Of a stretch of 64,000 nt of DNA, positions 9,003-18,063 are shown in pieces. Positions within the stretch are counted from its first letter, which is position 1; each line of letters begins with the position of its first letter. Where the stretch lies: assembly GCA_965248195.1 (NCBI GenBank), contig CBDFIQ010000002.1:1824001-1888000 (forward strand). Direction: 5' to 3'. The notes under the pieces are model-generated. The model searched no databases. It was not told the DNA's origin and was given only the letters and a program-made list of their open reading frames with translations. The translations under genes and the position numbers were made by a program. The stretch comes from Longimicrobiales bacterium (GTDB lineage: Bacteria > Gemmatimonadota > Gemmatimonadetes > Longimicrobiales > Gaopeijiaceae).

Positions 9003-9030
9003 ACTTCGTATAATATATATTATGTTAACT
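9003..9030 (+). other. dif site (XerC/XerD chromosome dimer resolution)
   Basis: ACTTCGTATAA-TATATA-TTATGTTAACT, an 11-6-11 layout. Right arm differs at one base from the E. coli XerD arm TTATGTTAAAT; whole site resembles B. subtilis dif. Intergenic and AT-rich, between convergent genes. Confidence 0.9.
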
Positions 9031-9103
9031 TCATCGCTTTCTCTTTGTCTGCCATGTGGCCTGGCAAGCGGACCCCCTCCCCTCAGGCCCTCCCCTCAGC
9101 CCC

Positions 9104-9643
9104 CTACGGCGTCCGATCGCGGGCCGGAGGGTCTAGCGCAACCACCTCCACCTGACCCGTACCTATCGCTGCCATCCCCAGCTTCGATGCGGCCGCGAAT
9201 GAAAGATCGATGATCCGATCCTCTATAAAGGGTCCCCGATCATTCACCCGAACGACGATGGACCTTCCGTTCCCCAGATGGGTGACCCGAACGTAGGTAG
9301 GAAGCGGCAGGCTCTTATGGGCCGCAGTCATCTGGTACATGTCGTAGACGTCCCCGGAGGACGTACGCCGCCCGTGGAAATATCCCCCATACCACGACGC
9401 TATTCCCTGCTCCCGGTATCCGGCGCTCGTGTCCAACACACGGTAGGTGACCCCGTCGATGACGTAGGTCTCGGGATTACCCGATCGGCTCTTGAACTCC
9501 GCCTGAGGGATGGCGTCCGGAAGCTCATCGAAGTTGATCCCATCTCCCGACGGAGACGAAGGCCCGGGTGACCCCACACCAAGGGGCACGCATCCCGGGA
9601 CCGTGCTAGCCACGAGGGCCATGACGATGCACCAAACACGCAT
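9104..9643 (-). CDS. rlpA: Septal ring lytic transglycosylase RlpA family lipoprotein (no SPOR domain)
   Basis: GIASWYG, MTAAHKSLP, VRVNDRGPF..RIIDLS; lipobox VPGC; alternative start 9676. Confidence 0.9.
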   Translation of the reverse strand: MRVWCIVMALVASTVPGCVPLGVGSPGPSSPSGDGINFDELPDAIPQAEFKSRSGNPETYVIDGVTYRVLDTSAGYREQGIASWYGGYFHGRRTSSGDVYDMYQMTAAHKSLPLPTYVRVTHLGNGRSIVVRVNDRGPFIEDRIIDLSFAAASKLGMAAIGTGQVEVVALDPPARDRTP

Positions 9644-9808
9644 CCGTTCCGAGTGACCAGCCTCACAAGGACGCACTTCCCGATCCTTCTATATACATGT
9701 AATTATGCATTTTAGTGGATGGCACCTCATGTTTTTTAGAGATAATACGAATTCCACGTTCCGGACAACGCGGCACTTCTTAATCCTGCGGAGCCTAACA
9801 TGGGGGGA

Positions 9809-10510
9809 TCAGGGCTTCCTAGCCAGGAGGGCGATCCTGCGCCTCAAGATCGGGATCCACCCTTGAAACGCTCGCTCGATTGATCGCAGGCCGCCGACAT
9901 GAGATTCAGCGTAATACGCCCTCTCCACTACGAACCCCGCACTTCCTACCAATGTCTTTAGTCGATCCATCGACTTGTAGTCCACGTGGCTCACATCCCG
10001 CCGGAGGAGGACGTTCCGTGCCTTGAGCATCTCCAGGAAATGCCCTCGATGCGGAGTCCACAGACTGAGCCGCCCCCCTTTCTTCAAGACTCTGAACGCT
10101 TCAGCAACCACGTCCTGAGAGTCCTCCGGATAAAGGTGCTCGACCAGGTCCGCACCAATCACGAGGTCGAAGCTCTCCCCCTCGAGGCCCGTGTCTCGGG
10201 CATCCGCACAGAGGAAGGACACACCTTCGATCGCCGACCCGGCCAGCCGCTTCTCGCACAGGTCGATGCTCTTCTGACTGAAGTCCACTCCCACCATCTC
10301 CACGACCCGGTGGCCGAGCGCCCAAGAAAAGGTGCCCCACCCACACCCCAGGTCCAGCACCCGCTCCTCCGGGTCCGGATCATAAAGCTGCAGGACCTTC
10401 TCGATCCGGTATCTCTGGAACGGGCTATCGAGATCCTGGAGGTGTTCAGTCCCTCCCTCGAAGTAATCACTCCGATCGTAGAACTCGCGACCAATCCGCT
10501 CCTCGGTCAT
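9809..10510 (-). CDS. Class I SAM-dependent methyltransferase
   Basis: VLDLGCGWG, GVDFS, FDLV, LVEHL, RVLKKGG. Confidence 0.9.
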   Translation of the reverse strand: MTEERIGREFYDRSDYFEGGTEHLQDLDSPFQRYRIEKVLQLYDPDPEERVLDLGCGWGTFSWALGHRVVEMVGVDFSQKSIDLCEKRLAGSAIEGVSFLCADARDTGLEGESFDLVIGADLVEHLYPEDSQDVVAEAFRVLKKGGRLSLWTPHRGHFLEMLKARNVLLRRDVSHVDYKSMDRLKTLVGSAGFVVERAYYAESHVGGLRSIERAFQGWIPILRRRIALLARKP

Positions 10511-10532
10511 TGCGCCATCACCGCCCGCAGCG

Positions 10533-11264
10533 CTATAAGCGTCCGAATAGATCGAGAAATCTCAGCTTCCACACCTTCCACATCGCCTCTCGGACGATCT
10601 TCTTCGACATCTTGGACTCACCCGATTCCCGCTCCTCGAAGACGATGGGAATCTCCGTAATCGTAAATCCCTTACGCCAGGCCCGGAGCTTGAGCTCGAT
10701 CTGGAAGGTGTACCCGTTGGACTCGATTCGCGCAAAGTCCAGGCTCTCTAGAACCTCTCGCCGCCAGCAGTTGAAGCCGCCGGTGGCGTCCTGCACGGGC
10801 AGGCGTGTCACGAATCGGGCATACCAACTCCCGAAATAACTGACCAAGAGGCGGCTCATGGGCCAATTGATCACCGTCACACGGCCGTTTAGGTAACGAG
10901 ATCCGAGAACGATATCGAAGTCCCGGGCCTTGTCGATGAAGAGCGGCAGGGCATTCGGGCGATGAGAAAAATCCGCGTCCATTTCGAAGAATAGCGCATA
11001 ATCACGCTCCAAACCCCAACGAAAACCCTCGATATAGGCTCTCCCGAGCCCCTGTTTTTCGGATCGGTGAATCACATGCACGCGATCGGATTCTCGGCTC
11101 AGCCCGTCCGCAAGGTCGCCGGTACCGTCCGGCGAAAGATCGTCCACCACCAAAACGTCGATGCGCGGGTCCTGTGCCAGGATCTGCGGGACGATGAGGG
11201 GTAGGTTGTCCGCCTCGTTGAAGGTGGGAACGATCACGACGAAGCGGGCATCGTGATCAGTCAT
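10533..11264 (-). CDS. Polyprenol monophosphomannose synthase (DPM1-like GT2)
   Basis: VPTFNEADN, VDDLSPDGT, MDADFSH, GSRY, GYTFQIE, GESKMS. Confidence 0.9.
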   Translation of the reverse strand: MTDHDARFVVIVPTFNEADNLPLIVPQILAQDPRIDVLVVDDLSPDGTGDLADGLSRESDRVHVIHRSEKQGLGRAYIEGFRWGLERDYALFFEMDADFSHRPNALPLFIDKARDFDIVLGSRYLNGRVTVINWPMSRLLVSYFGSWYARFVTRLPVQDATGGFNCWRREVLESLDFARIESNGYTFQIELKLRAWRKGFTITEIPIVFEERESGESKMSKKIVREAMWKVWKLRFLDLFGRL

Positions 11265-12223
11265 GGGCGGCTCTCCTCAAGGTCTCTCTTCTCAAGGTCT
11301 CGGGACCGGCGCCCACCGAGCGCCAGGAGCGCCGCCGGGACCAGCTCTACCGCAGTCGTCCAGAGCCGAGCGATGACAGCCAGCACGACCGTGGCTTCCC
11401 TCGCCATGATCGGTTGAAGTAGAACCACCAAGACCCCCTCCCGAATCCCGGCCCCCGCTGGTGCGAAAACCGCGATGTATCCAGCCACATACGCCGCCGC
11501 AAAGGCCGGACCCACCTGCAAGAACGTCCGCGACTCCCCGAAACTCAGGTAGAGTAGCCAAAAAGCCGTCGCGTAGATCCCCCAATTCACAACGTACAGG
11601 GTCAACCAGCGGAGACCGACGTTTCCGCTCCCCAGGCCGTCACCGGGAGGATCTGTCCTGGTGACCCGAAACCAAAATGCCACGACGTGGCGAAAGAGGG
11701 GTGGTACGACCACCGCACCAACGATGGTCAGAGCGACTCCGAAACCAGCGATCCGCCCCCACCACCCGATTTGCCGCCAGAGCTCATTGGCGCCGAAAAG
11801 CGCTCCGACTCCCACGAGACTGGCACCCAAAAGGGCGATTCCCTGCCCCAGAATCGCGGCGCCGGTGGCCACGCTCGCCTGGACGCCTTCGCGCTTGGCC
11901 AGATACGCGAGTCCCGCGATCTGCCAAACTTTTCCGGGCACGTAGCGTCCCAGGTTCGCCATCATGAACACACGCACGGACGTCCATACGGGCAGCCGGG
12001 GACCCCCCAGGTCTCGCACCAGGCGTCCCCACATCGAGGCCGACCACACGTAGCCAACGACGAGAACCACGCAGGACGCCAAGAAAAGGGTCGGGCGAGG
12101 ACGCCAATCACCCGTATTCAGCGTGCCGAGGAGGGCAAGATCCACTCCGACCCGATCGAAAATGAACCAAGTCACGACCACGGTAAGGCCGACCTGGAGT
12201 AACCGAACGCCGACCTTCTTCAC
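11261..12223 (-). CDS. Lysylphosphatidylglycerol synthase TM-domain / flippase-like membrane protein
   Basis: NLGRYVPGKVW and APAGAGIRE motifs, multiple TM helices; GTG start overlaps the upstream TGA. Confidence 0.85.
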   Translation of the reverse strand: MKKVGVRLLQVGLTVVVTWFIFDRVGVDLALLGTLNTGDWRPRPTLFLASCVVLVVGYVWSASMWGRLVRDLGGPRLPVWTSVRVFMMANLGRYVPGKVWQIAGLAYLAKREGVQASVATGAAILGQGIALLGASLVGVGALFGANELWRQIGWWGRIAGFGVALTIVGAVVVPPLFRHVVAFWFRVTRTDPPGDGLGSGNVGLRWLTLYVVNWGIYATAFWLLYLSFGESRTFLQVGPAFAAAYVAGYIAVFAPAGAGIREGVLVVLLQPIMAREATVVLAVIARLWTTAVELVPAALLALGGRRSRDLEKRDLEESRP

Positions 12224-14766
12224 TCCGCCCGGCGCTCCGTGCTCCGACGCCCTCGCATCCAGTCCATGCCGACCAGGCCGGCCACCACCGCCAGGCTGAG
12301 TAGCGTAAGACGAAGACTCCACCGGAGTTGGTCGGATTCGTAGTAGAACTCCACCGTGTGCTCGCCGGCCGTTATCGGCACGGCTCGCAGCGAGTGGTTC
12401 ACCCTCAGTACAGGGACTTCCTGGTTCCCGATTCGAGCTCTCCATGCCGGAAACCAGTTGTCGGCCAAGACGAGGAGCGCCGGCCTGTCGGCGCTTATCT
12501 GAAGCGTCATGTGGTTGTTGCTCCGTTCGAGCCAGTCGACAAGTCCGACCACCTCACCACCCGTGAGTTCGATCGGAAGCGGATCGGACAGCACCACCTG
12601 TCGAGCGGGATCGAAATCGCCGGAGAGCATGTGAGGTACCGCTTGGTCGTCCGGCAAGACCACCGCGTCCGACACGAGGCGAGCCCGCGGAAGATCCGAG
12701 AACTCGTAGACCGTCTCGTAGGGCCGTCCCTGGATCGTGGTCTGACTCAACCTACGGAGGTTGTCGGTGATGTCCGCCGGCAGGCCCTGGTCCGCTGGAG
12801 CGCCGAGTTGATCGGGCCAGAGGATATACCGGACATTGAGGATGCGGAGAACGTTGGCGCTGGCGATCAGGTTCGCGGGCAGACCACTTCCCACCATCCC
12901 GATGAGCTCCCTATAACGTTCCAGATCATTCGGATGATGCCCCCCCGCGAGTTCGAGACCGAACATGCCGGGACGGACGTCCTGGCCATTCAGCCCCCTA
13001 AGCGAAAACACACGGAACGGGTCCTCTTCACGCTGCCGTTCCAGAAGGAAGTCGATATTGGGGTCGGGCGCCCGAAACGCGGCGAAGTCTTGGGTCTGGA
13101 TGAACGGAACATCGACGCGGATCAAGTCCAGCGAGATGAGCATTCCCAATGCCACTACGGCCCCCAACGGCGCGAGTCGAGCCGTGCGGAGTCCCCAAGC
13201 AACGCCGGCCGTCGCGGCGGTGAGGATCACCGCGAACATGAAGCCACGCACGATGAACGGTCCGGCGTTGGCGAGAGTCTGAGCGGCCTGCGCCGGCATG
13301 TCCCGATAGACGGCAAGGCTCCACACCGCGTTGAGGGCACCCGAGACCGCGAGCACGAATCCGAGCAGGACCACCCCCGAAGCGCCCCAAAGAAAACGTC
13401 CCGGCCGAGTCCAGTCGGCCTCACTCCCTTTCCCGTCGAGGTCCAGGAGGCGCTCGACACCGAAAGCCATCAACGTCACCACCGAGAAACCGAAGAGGAA
13501 AATGGCGAGCGACGGCGCCCGAAAGAGACGGATCCCCGGTACGACCTCGTAAAAAAGGCGCCACACCGGCGTGTGGCTGCCAAGGCCGAAAAGGAGCGCC
13601 ATACCACCGAGCCCCACCAGGAAGAGCCTGAGTGAGCGTCGAGCCCCCCCGAAAAAGGACAACCCCGCCAGAAGCAGGACCACGAGGCCGACGTATTCGT
13701 GGTTCCCCTTGAAGTCATTCCGTCCCCAGTAGGTTCCTCGAGCCCAATCCGCGTTCGCCGAGCTGACGCCCACGAACTCGGGGACGGCGAGCGCCACCAC
13801 CTCCTCGGGGTGGAGGGACCAGGAACTCGCATACGCCCGCGATCCCTCAGCGCTAGCGTCGGTGGTGGTGGCCGTCCTGCGCGAGTGGTCCACCACGTAG
13901 GAAGCAGCCGGAAGGAACTGGACGGCCGCCACGCCCGCACCCAGCACAGCGGCGGCCACGAAGACCAGAAAGCGCGTGAGGGCGACGCGACGGCCCCGCA
14001 AGCTTCCGTCCGGCCCTCCCGCAGGCCCGATCTCTTGGGAGGGGCTTACATCCTTGGCACGCCAGATCAAAATGGTGCGAAAGAGCACGTAGGCCCCCAC
14101 ACCGCCAAACAGGAAGTAGGCCATCTGGAAGTGCGTCGTGAGCATCACCGCCCCAACCACCAGCGACACGAGCGCGATCGACCTCATGCCACCGCGCACG
14201 AGAAACGACTCGGTGACCCAGAAGAGGAGTGGTGTCAGCGCGACTACGAAAATCTTGCCGTCCTGTCCCCCGAGGACGAGGGTGACCATGAACGGAGCCA
14301 ACCCATAGGCCAGCCCAGCCAGGAGGGCCGAGGGTTGCGACAGGCCGAGACGGCGGATCCAAGCGTACATGAAAATTCCGGCGAGGAACACATGGAGGAC
14401 CAGCTTCCACCCCAGCGCACGATACGGATCCAGCAGGAAGAGGAGAAGCGCGCTTGGCGGGTAGAGCGAATCTCCACCCGCGAGCGACTCCACAAAGGGC
14501 GTCCCACCCAAGATGATCGGATTCCAGAGCGGAAATGCCCCACCGGACACCGCATTCGCGTAGAACTCCCGCGCCATGTATCCGAGCGCCAGGGTGTCGG
14601 AGCCATACAGCATGTCCCGCGAGAACACGAATTCACGGAAGAGAAAAAGCGTGACGGCGCCGTAAAGGAGGGGCGGAACCCACCCGGGAATCTGGAGCCC
14701 GCGGGCCGATGCGGACGCCGACTCGAGGCGTTCTGGTTTCTGGGTGGCTTTTCTCCTCTTCGCCAC
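12220..14766 (-). CDS. YfhO-family polytopic membrane protein (GT-C-type glycosyltransferase)
   Basis: PLWNP...GTPF, YPP, C-terminal LVLADNWFPAWRA...VNHSLRAV...GEHTVEFYY. Confidence 0.85.
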   Translation of the reverse strand: MAKRRKATQKPERLESASASARGLQIPGWVPPLLYGAVTLFLFREFVFSRDMLYGSDTLALGYMAREFYANAVSGGAFPLWNPIILGGTPFVESLAGGDSLYPPSALLLFLLDPYRALGWKLVLHVFLAGIFMYAWIRRLGLSQPSALLAGLAYGLAPFMVTLVLGGQDGKIFVVALTPLLFWVTESFLVRGGMRSIALVSLVVGAVMLTTHFQMAYFLFGGVGAYVLFRTILIWRAKDVSPSQEIGPAGGPDGSLRGRRVALTRFLVFVAAAVLGAGVAAVQFLPAASYVVDHSRRTATTTDASAEGSRAYASSWSLHPEEVVALAVPEFVGVSSANADWARGTYWGRNDFKGNHEYVGLVVLLLAGLSFFGGARRSLRLFLVGLGGMALLFGLGSHTPVWRLFYEVVPGIRLFRAPSLAIFLFGFSVVTLMAFGVERLLDLDGKGSEADWTRPGRFLWGASGVVLLGFVLAVSGALNAVWSLAVYRDMPAQAAQTLANAGPFIVRGFMFAVILTAATAGVAWGLRTARLAPLGAVVALGMLISLDLIRVDVPFIQTQDFAAFRAPDPNIDFLLERQREEDPFRVFSLRGLNGQDVRPGMFGLELAGGHHPNDLERYRELIGMVGSGLPANLIASANVLRILNVRYILWPDQLGAPADQGLPADITDNLRRLSQTTIQGRPYETVYEFSDLPRARLVSDAVVLPDDQAVPHMLSGDFDPARQVVLSDPLPIELTGGEVVGLVDWLERSNNHMTLQISADRPALLVLADNWFPAWRARIGNQEVPVLRVNHSLRAVPITAGEHTVEFYYESDQLRWSLRLTLLSLAVVAGLVGMDWMRGRRSTERRAE

Positions 14767-15932
14767 TAGGCGCTACTCTCCCCTGAAGGATCCGGTACTC
14801 GTTCACGGCCCCGGTCACGGCCCTCGTCGCGGCCCCGGCCGAGGAGACCCTGATACACCTCCAGATGCCGATCCACGAGGCGAGCGTTGCTCCATCGCTC
14901 CACCACCCTGGATCGGGCCGCCGTACCGAGCACTCTGAGGTCGTTGCGTTCGAGAAGTGAGCTCACCGTGGCAGCGAGTGACGTCGGGTTGCCCGCCTCG
15001 AAAAGCGCCCCGACCTCATCGTCGACGATCTCAGGAAGCCCGCCCACGTCCGAGGCGGCAACGGGCAACTCGCACGCCATCGACTCGAGTGCCGCTACCG
15101 ACGTTGCTTCCATCAGGGATGGGAAGACGGCCAATTCCGCGGAACTCAATAGGCCTGGCATCTCGTCATGCCCACGCGCGCCCAAAAACTGGACACGGTC
15201 CCCCAATGCCAAGTTCGCAGCCAACGTTTCGAGCGTCTGCCGCTCGGGCCCGTCCCCGACGATCACGGCCTCGACGTCCACCCGCTCGGCGATGAGTGGC
15301 AACGCCCGAAGGAAGAACTCGACACCATTCTTCTCGAAGAGGCGCCTCGGAACGATGACCCGACGACGAGTCCCAGCAGGGAGCGAGGGCTCACAGCGGT
15401 GAAAAATCTCCGTCTCCACACCATTAGTCAGCGCTTCTACGGAAACGCCCGGTGCGAGCTCCTCCGCCACTTTGGCGATCTCGGCACTCGCGGCAAGGTT
15501 GTAGTCCGACCATGCGAGAAAGCGTTGAAAGATCGGCCTCCAAAAAGGACTGCCCGCCCGCTCGAGGAAGTGCGAGGTGTGCCAGGTCGAGACCAGCGGA
15601 ATGCCATTGGCTTGTTTGGCCACGACTCCGGGAAGCACCGATTGGAAGGCCTGCGCGTGCACCACGTCCGCCTTTCGGGCGATCCCGACAAACGTCGGTG
15701 TCGACGCTCCCGCGTGCACCGCCCATCCGACCGGATTTCGCGCGGGCAACCAGGTCCTCCAGACGTCGATGCCATCGATCACATCATGAGCCGCCAGCCC
15801 CGGTTTCGAACGCGACGTAACGACCGACACGCGACAGCCTCTCCTCACGAGGCCGCGGCAGAGATAGTAGACATGGCTCTCCAGTCCGCCTACTTCTGGA
15901 GGGAAGTAGAGGCAGTGCATCGCCACTTTCAC
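14766..15932 (-). CDS. Glycosyltransferase family 4
   Basis: YFPPEVGGLE, NGVE, FPSLME...ALESMA, DVGGLPE. Confidence 0.9.
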   Translation of the reverse strand: MKVAMHCLYFPPEVGGLESHVYYLCRGLVRRGCRVSVVTSRSKPGLAAHDVIDGIDVWRTWLPARNPVGWAVHAGASTPTFVGIARKADVVHAQAFQSVLPGVVAKQANGIPLVSTWHTSHFLERAGSPFWRPIFQRFLAWSDYNLAASAEIAKVAEELAPGVSVEALTNGVETEIFHRCEPSLPAGTRRRVIVPRRLFEKNGVEFFLRALPLIAERVDVEAVIVGDGPERQTLETLAANLALGDRVQFLGARGHDEMPGLLSSAELAVFPSLMEATSVAALESMACELPVAASDVGGLPEIVDDEVGALFEAGNPTSLAATVSSLLERNDLRVLGTAARSRVVERWSNARLVDRHLEVYQGLLGRGRDEGRDRGRERVPDPSGESSA

Positions 15933-17101
15933 GGCCCGGCCCAATCCGCCGTCGAGCGTGAATCGCCCGTGAGTACCGACGCTATGATGTCCACGATCCG
16001 CTCCCCTGCCCTACCGTCACCATACGGATTGGAGGGAGGTGCGGGCGGGCCTCGGTCCTGACCTCCCGCGAGGATCCGGCTTCCTTCCTCGAAGATTTTT
16101 TCCGGGTCGGTTCCCACCAGAATCGCCACACCGGCCTCGACGCCCTCGGGCCGTTCCGTGACGTTCCTCAGTACGAGGACGGGCGTCCCGAACGTGGGCG
16201 CCTCTTCCTGAATCCCACCGGAGTCCGTCAGAACCAGATGCGCGCCCTGGAGTGCCAACACCAAATCGCGGTAGCCCAGGGGCTCGACCAGATCGATCCG
16301 AGGATGGTCACCGAGCAGCTGCTGGGCCGGCCCGACCACGTTGGGATTCGGATGGACTGGATAGAGTAGACGGACGTCATCGTGCTCGTCGACCAGCCTA
16401 CGGACGGCGCGAAAAATCTCCCCGAGCGGTGGGCCGAAGGACTCCCTCCGATGCGCCGTCAAGAGTACGAGCCGGCTACGTTCCTCCTCCAAGATCGCCC
16501 TCAAGAGCGGCGCCTTTGCCTTCCCCTCCATGGACGCCATCCGCAGTAGGGAATCCACGACCGTATTCCCCGTGACGTAGACATGTGAAGGCTCGAATCC
16601 CTCGGCCAAGAGCTTATCACGAGCGGCGCTCGTCGGGGTGAAGTGCAAGTCGGTGAGGACATCCGTGAGACGCCTGAAAATCTCCTCGGGAAACGGCGCC
16701 CACTTGTCACCGGAACGGAGCCCGGCCTCGACGTGCCCCACTCGAGTCCTTTCGAAGAACGCTACGAGGGACGAAAAGAACACCGTCGCCGTGTCTCCTT
16801 GAGCAAGAAGCAGGTCCGGCCCGTACTCCCCGACCACCCCGCCAAGCCCCGTAAGACACCCCTGAGCCACGTCGTAGAGGCTCTGTCCCTCCTGCATGAT
16901 CCCCAGGTCGTAGTCGGGCCGGAGATCGAGGGCATCGAGCACGTGGTCAACGAGATCGCTGTGCTGCCCCGTGAGCAGCAACCGGCTATCCAACCCGGGC
17001 TTCTGCCTCAACGCCGCCACCACGGGTGCCATTTTGATGGCCTCGGGCCGGGTTCCAACCACCACCAGGATGCGCGGTGGTGAGTTTTCGGGAGTCGTCA
17101 A
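15929..17101 (-). CDS. wecB: UDP-N-acetylglucosamine 2-epimerase (non-hydrolyzing)
   Basis: GTRPEAIKMAP, GHVEAGLRS, TAHRRE, TDSGGIQEEA, TERPEG; TTG start overlaps the upstream stop. Confidence 0.95.
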   Translation of the reverse strand: MTTPENSPPRILVVVGTRPEAIKMAPVVAALRQKPGLDSRLLLTGQHSDLVDHVLDALDLRPDYDLGIMQEGQSLYDVAQGCLTGLGGVVGEYGPDLLLAQGDTATVFFSSLVAFFERTRVGHVEAGLRSGDKWAPFPEEIFRRLTDVLTDLHFTPTSAARDKLLAEGFEPSHVYVTGNTVVDSLLRMASMEGKAKAPLLRAILEEERSRLVLLTAHRRESFGPPLGEIFRAVRRLVDEHDDVRLLYPVHPNPNVVGPAQQLLGDHPRIDLVEPLGYRDLVLALQGAHLVLTDSGGIQEEAPTFGTPVLVLRNVTERPEGVEAGVAILVGTDPEKIFEEGSRILAGGQDRGPPAPPSNPYGDGRAGERIVDIIASVLTGDSRSTADWAGP

Positions 17102-18063
17102 CGATCCCCGCGCCTGAGGGAGTCCACCTCTTCTCTCAATTGAGCGATCATCTCCGCGACCAACCCGAATCCAAACAGCAGGAAACCCACGGTCTCCAGA
17201 AGGATCACCAGATAGAGCAGCGGCCGGAAGCCGAGGCCCTCCACGAAACGAAGATAGAATGCCACCACACCGACGATCATCCCCAGCGCGATCAACGTCA
17301 TTCCACTGAACCCGAAGAGGATCAACGGCTTTCGGGAAAACAGGATTAGGAACCATACCGACAACAAGTCGATGATGCCGACCCCGATCCGAAACAATCC
17401 CGTGTACTTCGAAACGCCCGCCCGGCGGGGATGAAGCTCGACGTCGATCTCACTCACGGAATAGCCGCGTGCGTAAGCGAGAACGACAAAAAAACGATGC
17501 CAGTCCTTTCTCAGGGACATCCCTTCGAGGATGTCTCGACGAAACGCCTTCATCGAGTTCAGGTCCGAAACGGGAATCCGGAAAATCCGTCGGCTCAGCG
17601 CATTGTAAAACGATGAAACCACCCGCTTGTCATAAAACCCGATCTTTCGCCCCGTCACGATATCCCATCCGGCGTGGAGCCTCTCGAGAAACCGAGGGAT
17701 CTGGTCGGGCAGGTGCTGGAGGTCCGCGTCGAAGAGAACGAGATAGGTTCGCTCCGTGGAACGGGCCGCGGTCATCATCGCCTCCGTCTTGCCAAGGTTC
17801 TTCGGATGACGCACGACCTTCAAGAGAGGCCAGCCTCTGGCTTCCTTCTCTACCAGATCAGCGGTTCCGTCGGTGGAGCCATCATCCACGAGCACGATTT
17901 CGCCGCTCAGGTCATAGTGTTCGAACGCGGCGCGGAGTTCGGAGATCAACGCCGGAACCACGGGAGCTTCGTTGAAGGCGGGAATGACGAGGGCAAAGTC
18001 ACGTCGAGCCTCGGCGGTCAGGCCCATTGCGGCCTTGCGCGCCAGAGCCGACGATTCCATCAA
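17098..18063 (-). CDS. Glycosyltransferase family 2 (ArnC/GtrB-like, two C-terminal TM helices)
   Basis: IPAFNE, VDDGSTDGT, DADLQ, HPRRAGVSKY, C-terminal TMs. Confidence 0.9.
   Translation of the reverse strand: MMESSALARKAAMGLTAEARRDFALVIPAFNEAPVVPALISELRAAFEHYDLSGEIVLVDDGSTDGTADLVEKEARGWPLLKVVRHPKNLGKTEAMMTAARSTERTYLVLFDADLQHLPDQIPRFLERLHAGWDIVTGRKIGFYDKRVVSSFYNALSRRIFRIPVSDLNSMKAFRRDILEGMSLRKDWHRFFVVLAYARGYSVSEIDVELHPRRAGVSKYTGLFRIGVGIIDLLSVWFLILFSRKPLILFGFSGMTLIALGMIVGVVAFYLRFVEGLGFRPLLYLVILLETVGFLLFGFGLVAEMIAQLREEVDSLRRGDR

Noticed and set aside
9002..9030. loxP site (left part AACTTCGTATAA matches loxP)
   Set aside because: The right arm is the XerD-type TTATGTTAACT, not TATACGAAGTTAT, and the 11-6-11 spacing is that of dif.
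11272..14840. Short 12-15 bp duplications at gene 3' ends (around 11272-11301 and 14805-14840)
   Set aside because: Two or three degenerate copies in low-complexity C-terminal tails; ordinary slippage.
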